Source: Macrostomum hystrix (taxonomy: Eukaryota; Animalia; Platyhelminthes). From it: a stretch of DNA of 64,000 nucleotides. The stretch spans positions 9,610,001 to 9,674,000 of the forward strand of contig CATNEN010000038.1 of assembly GCA_950097015.1 (NCBI GenBank). Reading direction: 5' to 3'. Position numbers and translations under genes: made by a program. Below the pieces are notes generated by a model. The model was not told the DNA's origin. It saw nothing but the letters and a program-made list of their open reading frames with translations, and did not search any database. Positions 10,862-23,585 of this stretch are shown in pieces. Positions within the stretch are counted from its first letter, which is position 1, and each line of letters starts with the position of its first letter.

Positions 10862-13800
10862 ATGAACGCCAGGTCGCATCGCTGTCTAGCCGCTCTACTT
10901 CTTTTGCTTTCAGTGCCAGCTGCTCTGGCAGCCAACGCAACGACTTCGAATGTCACTACCATCAGCCTTGGTAAGTCAGATGATTCTATTGGCAACTGAG
11001 AACATACACACTTTGCCGTGGCGGGGGCTAGCCCTCGCAGGCGACATTGTACCCAAAGCTCCCAAACGATTGCTCCTCAAATGAATGAGGAAAAATGATC
11101 TCGCCGCGGATTAGAGCTCAGGGACATTTGGTGCTAGAGTCAGACGCCCCATGGCCCGGTGACAAAGTCGAGGCGGATTTACAAGGTAATTACTCTGTAG
11201 TAATTAACCTCTTCGAGGGCAGCTAGTCGATGTTGGCTGTCAAATCAGATCGGTCGAGTAGGAGATTAAACTAAATCAAAAGCTGTGTTTTACCGACAGG
11301 TCTCATCTGGGACTCGTCAGACGCGGTGGCAGAGTTTGTCGAGCGGGCTGGCCAGCTAATGCCAGACATCAGCAGCTACTGTCCGCTGGCTCCCAGGCTT
11401 AACGAGACAGTGTTGGACTTCTCCGGTGCATTCAAAATCGACACGCTGCCAACAACCAGCGAGCTGAAGTCAGGTGAGTCACGTGGGTTGAGCACACTTG
11501 TACTAGGCACTCATTCCTTTTGACGTCATTTTGTTAAACTCGTGTATCACGTGAATGCTTCGCCTGAACAGGTGCTTTCTCTGGATTCAATCTGAGCAAA
11601 CAATCCAAATCTTCTGCTGCAGGATCTGTGGCAATCCACCTATTTCAGCTCTCTGTCTCATTCTCAAGTTTCAAAGCATTGCCTGATGCCTGGAAACTAA
11701 GAAGGACATATTAGAAAACGAATGCCGCTCATTTACTTTGATGCCTTTCTGATGACGAACATGTCGGCTTCAATTCTTATTTTAGAGTTTGCGATTAGCC
11801 AACAAGGACCCTTCAAAAGGAGATTAGTTCTTTAAATAGCACACTAGCCTCCAGATGACACCAAACGAACCCTCGTCAAGACAAATAATATGAATAAAAA
11901 TAATAATTGCAGGAGGGCTGCTGGAAACGGCACATCATTCGGTGACACTAGACACGCAGCCAGCGAGGAAGCAATTCTGCCCATTTCGCTGACTCCTGAG
12001 CACACACGCACACAGATACCCAACGCAGGCACACACTCACTTAAGTGTGTACATCTGCACTGACATTCTCATCGTCAGGCAGTGTACACTCTCACTGTGC
12101 CTTTGGGGTTGGCCCTCAAGGGCGTAAATTGCACGACAAGCTCCCAACCCTTCTCTCCAAGGCTGCGCCCCAAATAAATGTGGCCTCGCCGTGGAATCGA
12201 ACTTAAGGACCGTGGAGCGAGAGGCAAACGCGTTAACCGTTCTGCCACTCACCCCTTCATCGAGCAAAAACTCGGTTTCCTACTCTGTTTCCAAAATTCG
12301 CAGCCTCTCGTTCCTCGCTACTATAAGTAGTAAGCTTGACAGTAAAGAGATCACGGAGGTATTTCAAATATCCAAATTTTTCTTTCCCCCCAAAATATTC
12401 GCCATAAAAAAGAAAACGGAATGTTTTGATCTTTATCGTGAGTTTCACGAAAATCGGTGAATCGGTTTGGGAGCTATCGTGAAGTATTTGAAATACTTCA
12501 GTGGGTATTTGAAATACCCCTTGGTCTTTCCCATTTATTAAAATAGCGCGTTCTTTCTACCGCTAATAAAATACTCAAATTCCCTCCTAACTCTCAAAAT
12601 TTGTGCAGTGGTGTCAACGCTGAGCGAAATGAACTTTCTATTCTTCGGCGTGAAGCGGAACTCTATCACCCAGGTGCTCGAATCGCTAGCTGTGCCCACC
12701 AGCTTGGCTGAGTATCCATGGATGCAGAGACACTTTGTGGCGCCGCTTCCGCAGCAGCTCTTATTGGAGGCGCTGCTTAAAGTGATTGCTCAACGAATAA
12801 CCGAGAGCCAGCTGCCTGATGACCCATCGAACTTCAAGGCGGCGCTGTTTCTGGACGGCAGTGTCAACACCGCGGAAATGTACCCGCTATTCACCTTCTT
12901 CTCAGAGGGCGTCTCATACTACTCACTGTGCAACACTTGCAAGCGAGACAACGCGACACTAGAAAGATATCTGCTGTCTGTGCGGGATGCTCAGATCACC
13001 AACATCGTTGTCATTGTACTGGATCCTGACCTAGGCCGACACCTGCGCGATAGAGCTCTCTCCATGGGCATGTTCGCATCCAGGTACCGCTGGTTTGTGC
13101 ACGGGCCGGTGAGTAGCCACACTCGATTATGTATTCAGGAACACCTGGGCTTGTGGACTGTGAGGACGCCGCACCCGCCCTCAATTACCCCAGCTAATGC
13201 TGGCACCCATTAAACAGCTGGTTAAACTGAATCAGATAATTAGTGTTTTGCTAAAGGACACAAATGGTGTTCCAGTGGAGTTAGGAATCGAACCCCCGAC
13301 CTTCAAGACGTGAGTCAGACGTTCTAACCACAAGGAAATTGGTCCTACCCCTACTTGTCAGGGGGGTCGGTGGCAGAGAGGTTTATGTGTTTGCCTCTCG
13401 CACCACGGTCCCTAAGTTCGATTCCTCGGCGAGGCCACATTCATTTGGGACACAGCCGCGGAGAGAAGGCTTGCGAGCTTGGCGTGCAATTTACGCCCTT
13501 GAGGGACAACCTCCACGGCAAAGTGAAAGTGCACACTGCCTGACGATGAGAAAGTCAGGGCAGATATACACAACCTGTGTGAGTGTGTGCCTGCGTACGG
13601 TATCTGTGTGAGTGAGTGCTCAGGAGTCAGCAAAATGGGCAGAATTGCCTCCTCGCTGGCTGCGGGTCTAGTGTCACTAAATGATGTGTCATTGCACGCA
13701 GCCTCCTGCAATTATTATATTATATTATTACACTCCTACTTGTCAAATTAAAACTGTAGAAAAAGTAGTTCAAGTTGCTATGCAAACCGAATAACCAAAG

Positions 13801-16800
13801 TAGTCACTTGGTAGAACATGTATAAAAACAGAAAGACCAACAACAAGGACCACGGTAGCTACTGAATAAAACTCATGTTTCCTGGAAAACTTATGTCTAG
13901 GCCTGTTTTCGTCACAAAATGCAATAGCGACATAGGCAAATGTACGAGGTATATGTTCTTATAGAATGAAAATGTTTCTTTGAGATCTTGTGTCCTTAGA
14001 TCAGGATGATATTTTAATTTATGGTTACAATTATCCAGATTTAGCCGTTTCAATGTGTTTTAGACATATTTTGCAGCTTTTGAAGCGACAAACAAAATCT
14101 TTCAAATTACCCACAGCTTAACATCACGATAGCTCCAAAACAATTTTCGTGAAAGTCCACCTTATGGATCTAAATTTTTCCGCCCTGTACGATGAACTAA
14201 CTTTCAAAGCCGTTCTACCGCAGCATCGTCTAGATATTCAGTGATTCTTGTCGAATACTGTGGCGAGAACATTACCTGTGTGTAAACATCTATGGCGTAC
14301 ATTGGTAGCTTATGACACCAGGCACCCCGACAAGAATCTTTGAATTAATCTCTCGCCGATGTTTTGTGATTCTGAAAGTTGGTTCATCGGATAGAGTGGA
14401 ATATTTTAGCCCGTGTTCTTGGTTTTCATGGAAATTGATTGAATAGTTTGGGAGAGATACAAAAATAATGTTGGGATTTGAAATCCCCATGGTCTCTGTA
14501 CCAATAACTAATTGTGTTGTAAAAAAACAAGACTTTTTTGACATGCAACAAATATAAATTTAGCAACAGTTTTTCATATTAAAAGTTATATTTTCCTATT
14601 TCGTTAGCATATTTATAAAAGAAAACATTATTTTTAAGTGTCCCATCCTTTTATTTAATTAGTCCATGACCAACCAGTACATGCAGAGTCGCGACCATGC
14701 AGTAGCTCAAACTGCAATTTACGTGTAACTTTACGAGCTCACTTTAAGCACGGCACTCAACTTAAAACTCGTAATTTCCAGCGCTTGATAAACGACGGCT
14801 GGGACATTCTGTCGATGAATGTCACCTCGCTGGAGTTCGGACGAATCAACGATGCCTTAGCTGAGGGCGTCTGGTCCACCACTGGTGCGCTCATCCGCGA
14901 CCTGATGGCCATTTGGAAGCCTTACCTGAGGCAGTACATCTGCGAGGAGGTTAGTTAGCAGCTTTTTTATTGTGCCTCACATTGAGCTGGAGCTTCCAGA
15001 CTCATGGTTAGAGCTTCTGAATTCTGAACAAGGGAATTTCACTAAGGTGTACTTTTAGCAGTGCATAGCTCCTGCTGTGCCAATTACTGTACATCTGTCC
15101 CCACAAGTCCAAGCTGTAATTTCTATGTACGCGCACACAAAAGTTTGTGCTCAGGGGTCAGAGCAATGGGTAAAAGGAGTAGTATATGTAATGACTTAAG
15201 ACTGAAGGCTGGCCAAGAATTGATTCACAACTGTGAGTGTGAGCCAGTTGGGAGTTGCGGCTCCTTATATTATCGCTCTGTTCTATTTGACCCTAGGGCT
15301 TAGGGCACGGCTGGGCCCCGCGGGCCAGCCACCTCAACCAGTACGCAAGCCACGCGTGACACTGGTAAACAACTCAGCTTGTACTAAGAACCGACAGACG
15401 TAAACAATCGATGGTAGCAAGGCCATGATACAAAGTGGTGCAGCGTGAACGCATTGAATAACATTTAATAACATGCAAGAGTCCATTGAATAACATCACA
15501 GTATATATAGTATGTTTCACTCGTCGGCATCGAAAATTTTCAGAAGGTGCCCATAAATCGCGCAATCAACGGCTTGTCAGGGAAGTTCCAGCTGAATCCG
15601 AATGGCTCGGCCAGTCGCCTCACCTGGCAGATGGAGATCTACGCTGGTGTCGGATATAAAAGGCAGCAGGTAGGACAACTGGGATAACGAAAAAGACAGG
15701 AACGGAGAAGGCTAGCTTAAGCTTAAGCTTAACTAGCTTAAGAGTAGAATGACCAATGTGGTATTTCAAATGCCCTCATTTGTTTTCATGTATCGCCCAA
15801 AATATTTAACCAATCACCGATGGTTAACTTTCAGAATCACAAAACATCGTCATCGTCGAGATATTCAGCGATTCTCGCCGGGGTGTTTGGTAGTAAAAAA
15901 CCACCTATATATAAACATATTTTCTACTCACACAATTTCATCATTGAGCCATTCGTTGATTATCATTTTTTGAACCGATATACTTGTAGATACGCCATAG
16001 AGGTTTATACAGAGCAATATTACTTCAAGTAGTTGTCCTTGTCACCAGAGAATTCGGCAAGAATCGCTGAATATCTCGACGATGCTGACTCGGACGGCTT
16101 TGAAAGCTAGTTTATCGAAAATGGCGGGGAATTTTTTATCCACATGGTGGGGCTTCACGAAAATCGGTCCATCTGTTTGGGAGCTAACGTGGAACTGCCA
16201 GTGGTATTTCTACAGTTAACAGAGTAAAGAAGATCATCCTCGCGTGTGGAACTAAAATTTTTAGTACTCGAATGAACTTGAGCATTTCACTGAGCTTGAC
16301 CGTCGATGAACTGTGCAGATTGGCGAATGGAGTTCGGCTGGCCGTTTTGAGATGCTGACGCGCAAGGACACGGCTCGGAGCACAGCGGACATTCTGGCGG
16401 AGCTCCGGGCCTCAAAGTTTCTGGTTGCCACCCTGCTGTCACCGCCGTACATCCAGTACGCTAACGGCGTCACTGGGTGTTCCCGATGCCGCAGCAGCGA
16501 ACTGACAGGAATGTACATCGAGATCTGCAAATCCGTCCTGCAGAACTTGGGTGTGCGTGTCTAAGTTTTGACTTGTCTTTGAAATGCTCTTGTTGAACAG
16601 CCATGAAACTATTCAAGCGACTCACGTTACAGATCACCGACTACGAGTTTGTGATGAATCAGGAAGAAGCCTTTGGAGTGAACAACGGCAAAGTCTGGAA
16701 TGGAGTGATCGGAACCATCAAGGATGGCAAAGCGATGCTCGGCTGTGCCCCTATCACCATCAGCACTGATAGGTTCAGCGTGGTGGACTTCACTCAGGTG

Positions 16801-19535
16801 ATTCATTCGTCGCGCGAATCGTTGCTATTTCGCAAGCGAACAACGGAACCGCTGGCTCAGGTGTTCCAGTTTATCCTGCCGCTGCACTACTCAATCTGGC
16901 TAGGGGTCCTCGGAGTTCTCATCCTGGTCTCCTTAGTCCTGTTTGTTATGAACAAGATAGCGCCGAACAGTGACGCCAACTATGGTCTTTATAACAGCAT
17001 CTTCTTCGCATTTGCCGAGGTTGTTCAAGGAACCGGTGGCTCTACGCCATCGCAGATCTCCAGTCGCATCGTGGTGTCCTTCTTCTGGTTCTTCACGCTG
17101 TTTCTGTTTCTCTCTTACGTGGCCAACTACGCCGTGTTTCGTACTCTTGACGGCGTCCGTCAGCAGGTGACGTCCATCGATACACTGATCGAGAACCGTG
17201 AGTACGACTGCGGCAGTATCAACAACACCGTGACAGACAGCCTGCTGAAGTCTTCCGCCTACCTGCACATGCAGCAGGTGTACCTGCTCATGAGCGAGAA
17301 GTTTTCTAATGGCAGCGTTAGCAACATCGGCGCTGCTTTGAGCCTAATTAATGACGAGTCGCGCAACTTCGTGCTGATCAACGATAATCTTCAGAATCAG
17401 TACTACCGCGATGTTGGCTGTGATTTAGTCAGCACCGGTGACTTCTATGATCTGAAGAATGCTATGATACTGCCGAGGGGCAATGAGTACGGCCACCTGA
17501 TAGATGCTCAGCTCGCTAGAATGGCTCAAAACATATCGGCATTGCAGACCAAGTAAGCCTGTTAGCATACTCGCGAATAATTACTCGTAGCAAAGCCTGT
17601 CAAGCGTCTTCATCTAGGGACGTTTGACATCTTCATCAAAGCGAGTAGCCAAAAGACATCATTGATTGTGGAGAGATGAGATACTGGAGAGATGAGGCAG
17701 TGGAGAGTTGAGACAGACGATTGATGAGACAAATAAAGAGACGAGATAAAGGTATAGATAAGACAGAGGAGAGATGACACACGGGAGAGAGATGAGACAG
17801 GAGTGTAGAGATCCGGCGAGGCGATGAGGCACGGGAGAAATGAGACAGGCGATCTGAAACACTGGAGAAATGAGACAGGCGATCTGGAACACTGGAGAAA
17901 TGAGACAGGCGATCTGAAACACGAAAGAAATACCACAGATGGAGAGGTCATATAGATTCTTAGGGGTGAGATTAGGGGTGAGATGAGATAGGGTAGATTG
18001 GGTTTTGAAAGCAGCCAAAGCCTGATTTAAGAGCTTCTAGTGCAGCTTGTAATTACGAGCCTTCGCCTCGTAGTTTATTGAAACTCACGTCACTGATAAA
18101 TAAACATTCAGCAGTTCTAACGCTTTTTTAATACTCGTAAAGAAAATGTCAATTCATGAAAAATTTATGGCTAAAATTAGAACAAGGGGTAAGGGGTAGA
18201 GTTACACCAAGTCAAGGCCAGCGGAATCGGTCACGCAGCATCGCCATCGCCGTCGACTGACGACTTTTCGACGAAGTCCCCCCATAGCTCGCAGCACATA
18301 GTCCATCGCGTGAGAAGCGCATTGATGGCATCTGCATAAGCTCGACGCGGAATTTCGTACAGCAGAACCCGCCTGACTTCTCCTTCCAAGTTGACGCGAT
18401 GGTCAAAGAGCGCGCCCCCGCAGGTGCTTCTTTAACTGAGGGAAAATTGCGTAGTCGCAAGGAGCCAAGTCTGGTGAGTAGGGCGGGTGCGCAAGCAGAT
18501 CAAAATTGAGTTCGTTGATACGATCAAGCGTTTTCTTGGCCGTGTGAGTTCGAGCGTTGTCGTGCAACAGGACGTGAGGCTTCATCGCAGTCCTGCGCTT
18601 GTTGCGGATGTCTGATTTCAGCTTAGTCAGCGTCTCCGTGTACCGGTCCGAGTTAACCGTGCTGTTAGGCTCAAGGAAATCGATGGTCAGGGGACCCTCT
18701 TGATCGACGAAAAGGGTCAACATGATCTTCTTGCAGTGCTGGTCTCGCTTCGCGTTCACAGGTGGATCTGAACCCTTCAATTTCCATTGTGAGTACTCGA
18801 ACTGGCGCTGACCTTCTTTCGACGAAACGCTAGACATTGAACGATTGAACAAGGGAAAATGAAACAATCCAAACTCAACAGCGGCGTCTCGTCGAGGCGC
18901 ACAAAATGTCGATATTCGCGATGTCTCGTGCTTGCTGTCGTTGGTGCCACGGGTATTTCCTGTTCTTCTGATTGCTTCTTTTGATTCTGGTGCTCACGCT
19001 TCTCTGCTCGTCTGTTGCCTTTTTCTGCTTCTGTTCACTGATGCTTCGGCTCATTTTCTTCTGTCGCAAAATTTTGTTTAAGGACAAACTTGGGTTGGGG
19101 CCATGACTTGGTGTAACTCTACCCCTTCCCCTTGTTCTAATTTTAGCCATAACTTTTAACCCCTCGTACGTATGTTTCACCAGTTTGCCTGTGCATCGAT
19201 TTTTCCCGCTATTTCTGCGACACCCTAGCGTATAAGCCTACTTACTCGTATATTATCTTGTGAAATCGCAATCTTATAGGTTTTTCACAGTGCCAAGTTC
19301 AGCTAAAAACAGCTGCTACGATGGCAGCTTCGCGTCGGCGGTGCGCTACTACACACCCCAGGACGCTTGGCTAATCAAGCCCGGCGCCCTCACCCTGGCG
19401 GACACGCTGGGCATCGCCATCATTAACTTAGTCGGCTGCTGCATCGCTGTCGCGTTGGCCGGCATCGAGAGGGTCATCGGCAGAGTGCAACGGGTTCGTA
19501 AACGACTATTTAGAAAAATAGTAAACGATACATAA
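10862..19535 (+). CDS. Divergent ionotropic glutamate receptor / IR-like channel 1 (about 828 aa); exons 10862-10970, 11300-11473, 12609-13108, 14782-14949, 15544-15669, 16319-16552, 16633-17552, 19280-19535
   Basis: Signal peptide and ATD-like region; S1 WNGVIGTI..ITISTDRFSVVDFT; M1 FILPLHYSIWL; pore loop SIFFAFAEVVQG; M3 FFWFFTLFLFLSYVANYAVF; S2; M4 LTLADTLGI. All seven GT-AG junctions keep frame (2487 nt). Confidence 0.9.
11885..12255 (-). mobile_element. SINE family A, near full length, in intron 2 of iGluR-like 1
   Basis: Colinear with 1685-2055; a further degenerate head lies at about 11020-11150 (-). Confidence 0.85.
12260..12590. repeat. Dispersed DNA-transposon-like repeat relic (related pieces at about 13990-14560, 15750-16220, 28940-29160)
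   Basis: Shared words such as cacgaaaatcggt..gtttgggagcta.cgtg, aactttcagaatcacaaaacatcg and gaatatctcgacg occur in both orientations; no ORF. Confidence 0.5.
13140..13335 (-). mobile_element. CORE-type SINE family B, head-to-head with a family A copy
   Basis: ggaatcgaacccc (reverse B box), cacccattaaacagctgg, gacgccgcacccgccctcaatta match family B. Confidence 0.7.
13361..13734 (+). mobile_element. Full-length SINE family A with 11-bp TSD, in intron 3 of iGluR-like 1
   Basis: A and B boxes, body and attattat tail; cctacttgtca at 13350-13360 and 13735-13745. Confidence 0.88.
17670..17950 (-). repeat. Degenerate 16-bp minisatellite (CCGTGTCTCATCTCTC family, reverse orientation)
   Basis: gagagatgagacacggg-type units; same family as 24885 and 59392. 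Confidence 0.75.
18165..19166 (-). mobile_element. Internally deleted, frameshifted DD34D mariner in the last intron of iGluR-like 1
   Basis: LLHDNARTH-PPYSPDLAPCDY with 34 residues between the Asps; inverted repeats ttatggctaaaattagaacaagggg..gagttacaccaagtca at 18165-18218 and 19099-19152; intact TA-CGAGGG terminus at 19166-19168; other terminus truncated; N-terminal half missing. Confidence 0.9.
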
Positions 19536-20396
19536 AGAAAATGCTTTATTTTGCCTACAAACCCGTTTGCAGAAGCGCAGCGGTCTCCGAAGGAAGCGAC
19601 AGGTTGTGAAGGCAAACGAAGTGAAGTTTAAACGCCCAAGTGCTTGATGGTGATAATCTGCTCAGACGTAGACTAGCTTTCATTGCATGTGTATTAAATC
19701 TGAACGTCCATCGCTTGTCATAACGCAAAATGTGTTTTTCTCATCCTGTAGTGCTGCAGTAGCTCCGAATACTCGTAAATAGGCACATCATGCATCCTTT
19801 GTTAATTTTTTTGACTTTTTAAACATTATTCAGCCTGTTAAGTTTTTAAAAGGAGTGCAACCGGCTTTTTAGAAATACAGCCACTCAAGCCACTCAAGCT
19901 ATCATGCGCGATTTACTTTTCTTCAATGAAAATCACGCTTTGCATAGAGGACACTACTGCATGCATGGTCGTAAAAATTGCAACACTCTCGACAGCCCAG
20001 TATTTTACTATGTAAATCTAATATCATTCGTGTAAATATATATCTGCTAATTTCAACTGAAAAATTGACACAATTAAAAAATGCTAATTAATCCTCATCA
20101 ATCGATCAGTATTCATCGCAATCGGAAAACTTCTGCTTCAAACTATATAGTGTTTTTATCTATATTTCAAATATCATGGATGCAAGTGTCCAGATATGTT
20201 TTTCAATATAATTAGTAAACACGAATATGGATACTAATTTAGAATCAAGTAAGACCGTTTTTTTCGTTTTTTGCGATTAAATTATCGCTACAAGCTTACA
20301 ACTAGCTGCAGGTTCCTGAGCAAGGAAGCAGTTGGACCAGTACTATAACGATCTATCTGGTCTAACTTAAAAAATAGCAAACATGTGATGAGTGGG

Positions 20397-20912
20397 TCTT
20401 TCACCGCATTGTTTTCCGCATGGTTTTCCGAATGGTTTTCCGCACGGTTTTTTTCCGTGTAAAAATAAAAAAATTTTTGTATGGTGTAAAAATTCTGTGA
20501 AACTGTAATTTAATTTAATGGATGGTATGATATGACCTGGTATAGTATTAATCTTGTATGATGAAGTATAGTCTATATGTTAGCATATGACATGATCTGG
20601 TATGATATGGTATGATATGGCATAATCTGGTATGATATGGCATGATTTTGTATTATATGGCATGATATGGTATAATATGGCATGTTATGATATGATATGG
20701 CATGATCTGGTAAGATATGACCTAGTGCTAGTATCATATAATATTGTATGATATAGTTGTTAGAATCTCTTTCATATGTTTGCTAAAAATGTTACCAAGG
20801 ATTATTGCAGCACATGAGTGCTTTATTCAAGTCAGCGTGATGCAAAAATACAGGAAAAAAAACATGCGGAAAACCATGCGGAAAACCATGCGGAAAACAA
20901 TGCGGTGAAAGA
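20397..20912. mobile_element. MITE/foldback-like element enclosing a (TATGATATGG)n microsatellite
   Basis: tctttcaccgcattgttttccgcatggttttccg at 20397 is inverted at about 20879-20912; internal 10-bp repeats at about 20540-20755. Confidence 0.65.
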
Positions 20913-23585
20913 TTTATACGTAACATATGCCGCTTAGTTAGCAGAAGTTTACACTTGGGTTGCACAGCAAATTAAAAAGGCGCCCTTTAGGTATATTTGA
21001 TACTAAGGACTAAGGTCTCAGTGATTGAAACAATGAGCCCAAGAGGTAAACTTACACTTTTGTTAGTTTGTAAGGTAGTTTCTAAGACAGGCGTGAATTT
21101 AAGAAAGCATCATATTTATTTTTCAGTATACTGACAGCAGATGCATGCCGCTGCCGCCGCGTAACTCTTTGTACTTGTTAGTGCCTCGTGGTGGATTTCA
21201 GCGTTAGAAAAATATGAACAGTGTCCCCCCAGCAGCAGCTATTTAATCACAACCCTTTAGCAGCTTGCCCGAAAGAGCTTGATTCGAAATCAACTTCAAA
21301 GTCTGGATCTGGATCAGCACATGCGGCAGCGGATCTGACAATAATAGTTCTTTAGGCCTACTTTTACTTTACTTACCTTCAGTAAGGATGGTGTTCACTT
21401 AGAGGATGAAAATCACGTTTTGCATACAGGACACTGCTGCATGGTCGTAAAAATTGCAACACTCTCGACAGCCCAGTTAAACATTAATCATGTTAAAATA
21501 GAGCCTAGACCCTAGATAAACAGTTTTTGCTCGGTTTAGAAGCTTTACGAGTAATATACTTTGGTAAATTAATATATTAAAAACATTAGATAGGGGCTAA
21601 TGAAACACACAGTGCAAGCCAACTGTATGTGTTGCTCATATGTTGCATTGACCAACCAAAAATAGGCCTAGCATGAACAAAAAGTAATTATTTTACACTA
21701 GGCCTACTTACAGCTGTTATTTGGCTAGGCATAGGGCCTAATTTATAGGCCTATATATTTTGCTATCTAAAACATACACCTATCTAGAGTCTAAAATATT
21801 GTGTAAGACCTGATCCTAACTACATCCTTAGTAGGCCTAATTTTAAGCCTAAACTAGACATCATGAACAATAATCTATAATAGCAACAGGAATGCAAAGT
21901 ATTGAATTGGGCATGAATAATGGGCTTAGGCCTTTAAGGCTTATTGTCTTCTAAAAAGTTTTAGGAGTAATTTCTCCCTTAATAGCAAATCTAGCAAGAG
22001 GCCTATTATTAGGCCCCCCTATAGGGTATAGGGCCTAGGTCTTTATAGTGACTAGTCTTTTTGTCAACTGGCTTTTTATCAACTACCTTTTCATTTTAAT
22101 TGGGTTGATTGTACTCAGCTAGAGTTTCCTTTCAGATGACTTCATGGCACAATGTAGTTTGCAATTGTTTAGAGTGTTGTAAAAGGCATAGTATGTTATA
22201 TAACAAGGCCTTAGTGGCACCCACCCGGCCACCCCAAGGGCTAGTAGGCCAATTCTGCAACACTACACACTAACTTGTACATGTGTACACTGCATACAGC
22301 TATCTCATTATTATCTACAGTTAGGCCCTATTCATGATAATTTTCGTGTTTTTAATAATTTTCTTATTTATATGATGAACATGTGATGAAGATTATGAGC
22401 ATGGGACAGACATGCACAGACAAGATATAAGAGCAGCTTAAGTTTTAACATAAGTTTTACTTCCAAGCTATTTTTCATCTTAACAAGTTTTACCTTGGTG
22501 CTATTTTTAGGGATAAGGTAGAAATTTTCCCACTTTTAGGGAGAGACGTGTTTTATTCCTCATTATTTTGTATTTTTTTTCTTTGTAATTTTTAGCCACT
22601 AATTTGGCATTAACTTATTGATTATGCAGCTCACTCAAAACCCCCCATCACTGGCAAAATACTGAATAATGCCCCCCTCAAAAGTTTACTAATTCCCCCA
22701 AAATTAATTAACCATTCTTTAGATAGAAATTAGAGCAATGCTTTTCAGTAGGCTTCAACTAAAGCTCATGATTTATCTAAAGGCAAAGGAAATTTTCAAA
22801 TACGTATAATTCTATAATTACATAATCCCATAGGAACTATCAGATTCCATAGGTGCTACTTTAATGTCATTGTATTATAATATTCTTGCAGTTTTCTTCA
22901 GTTGCATATCAGCTCTATAATAATCTCATATTTGATTGCCAATATTAGTTTTACAGATTTATTGTAAACAGTTTCAAATTTTCTATTATTTCATAAAGCT
23001 GCTTTGCAAAAATGCTATTATGTGTAATACTCCTAAACAGTTTCTGGAGTAGGTAAAAACCTTAAGCCTGTTTAAATATGATCATGTTGCTGTTGGGTGC
23101 ACGATAATCTAATTGCATTTTATGCATGCAAAAGTCGCATACCATAGGAAACCCTATTAGAAAAAATGTTCTAATGATCCAATTTAAATCAGAATGATTT
23201 GCAAAAAAGTTTTTTATGTTTCATTCCTTTAGCATTAAACAGTTATCTATATTTAGTTCTATAGATAAAAGCTAGTCGTATTTGAAAAGGTAGTATGTGA
23301 TACGTAGCTAGATTGCTTCACAATCTCCTTTTCACAACTACTTTAAGTACTTTTGTGTTAGATATGATTTGACCGACTAAAATAGTCCAGCTAGCAGATG
23401 CATTATGTAGCTTTTCATTTATAAAGGTCCCATTATTCTTAAGTTGGAAAACTTCAGATTCAGCATTGTTACTGTCAGTTACAGTTAGCCTGTCAATAAT
23501 GCAGGAAGGGGACGGGTTGAGAGGCAGGAGGAGGCCATAGTGAGAGGCAGGAAGATGAATCTAAAATCGCCTTTCTCCTTCAGCA

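Noticed and set aside
13361-13437. tRNA genes at A/B-box sequences
   Set aside because: No proper cloverleaf; each continues into a SINE body with tail and TSD.
13520-13650. Hammerhead ribozyme in SINE A (CTGACGA ... GAAA), by analogy with schistosome Sm-alpha repeats
   Set aside because: CTGAC is sequestered in a hairpin with GTCAG, and no stem II / GAAA / stem III / UH arrangement can be built.
19600-23480. snoRNAs near GAR1 (TGATGA words at about 20386 and 22384)
   Set aside because: No convincing paired D box, terminal stem or rRNA guide visible.
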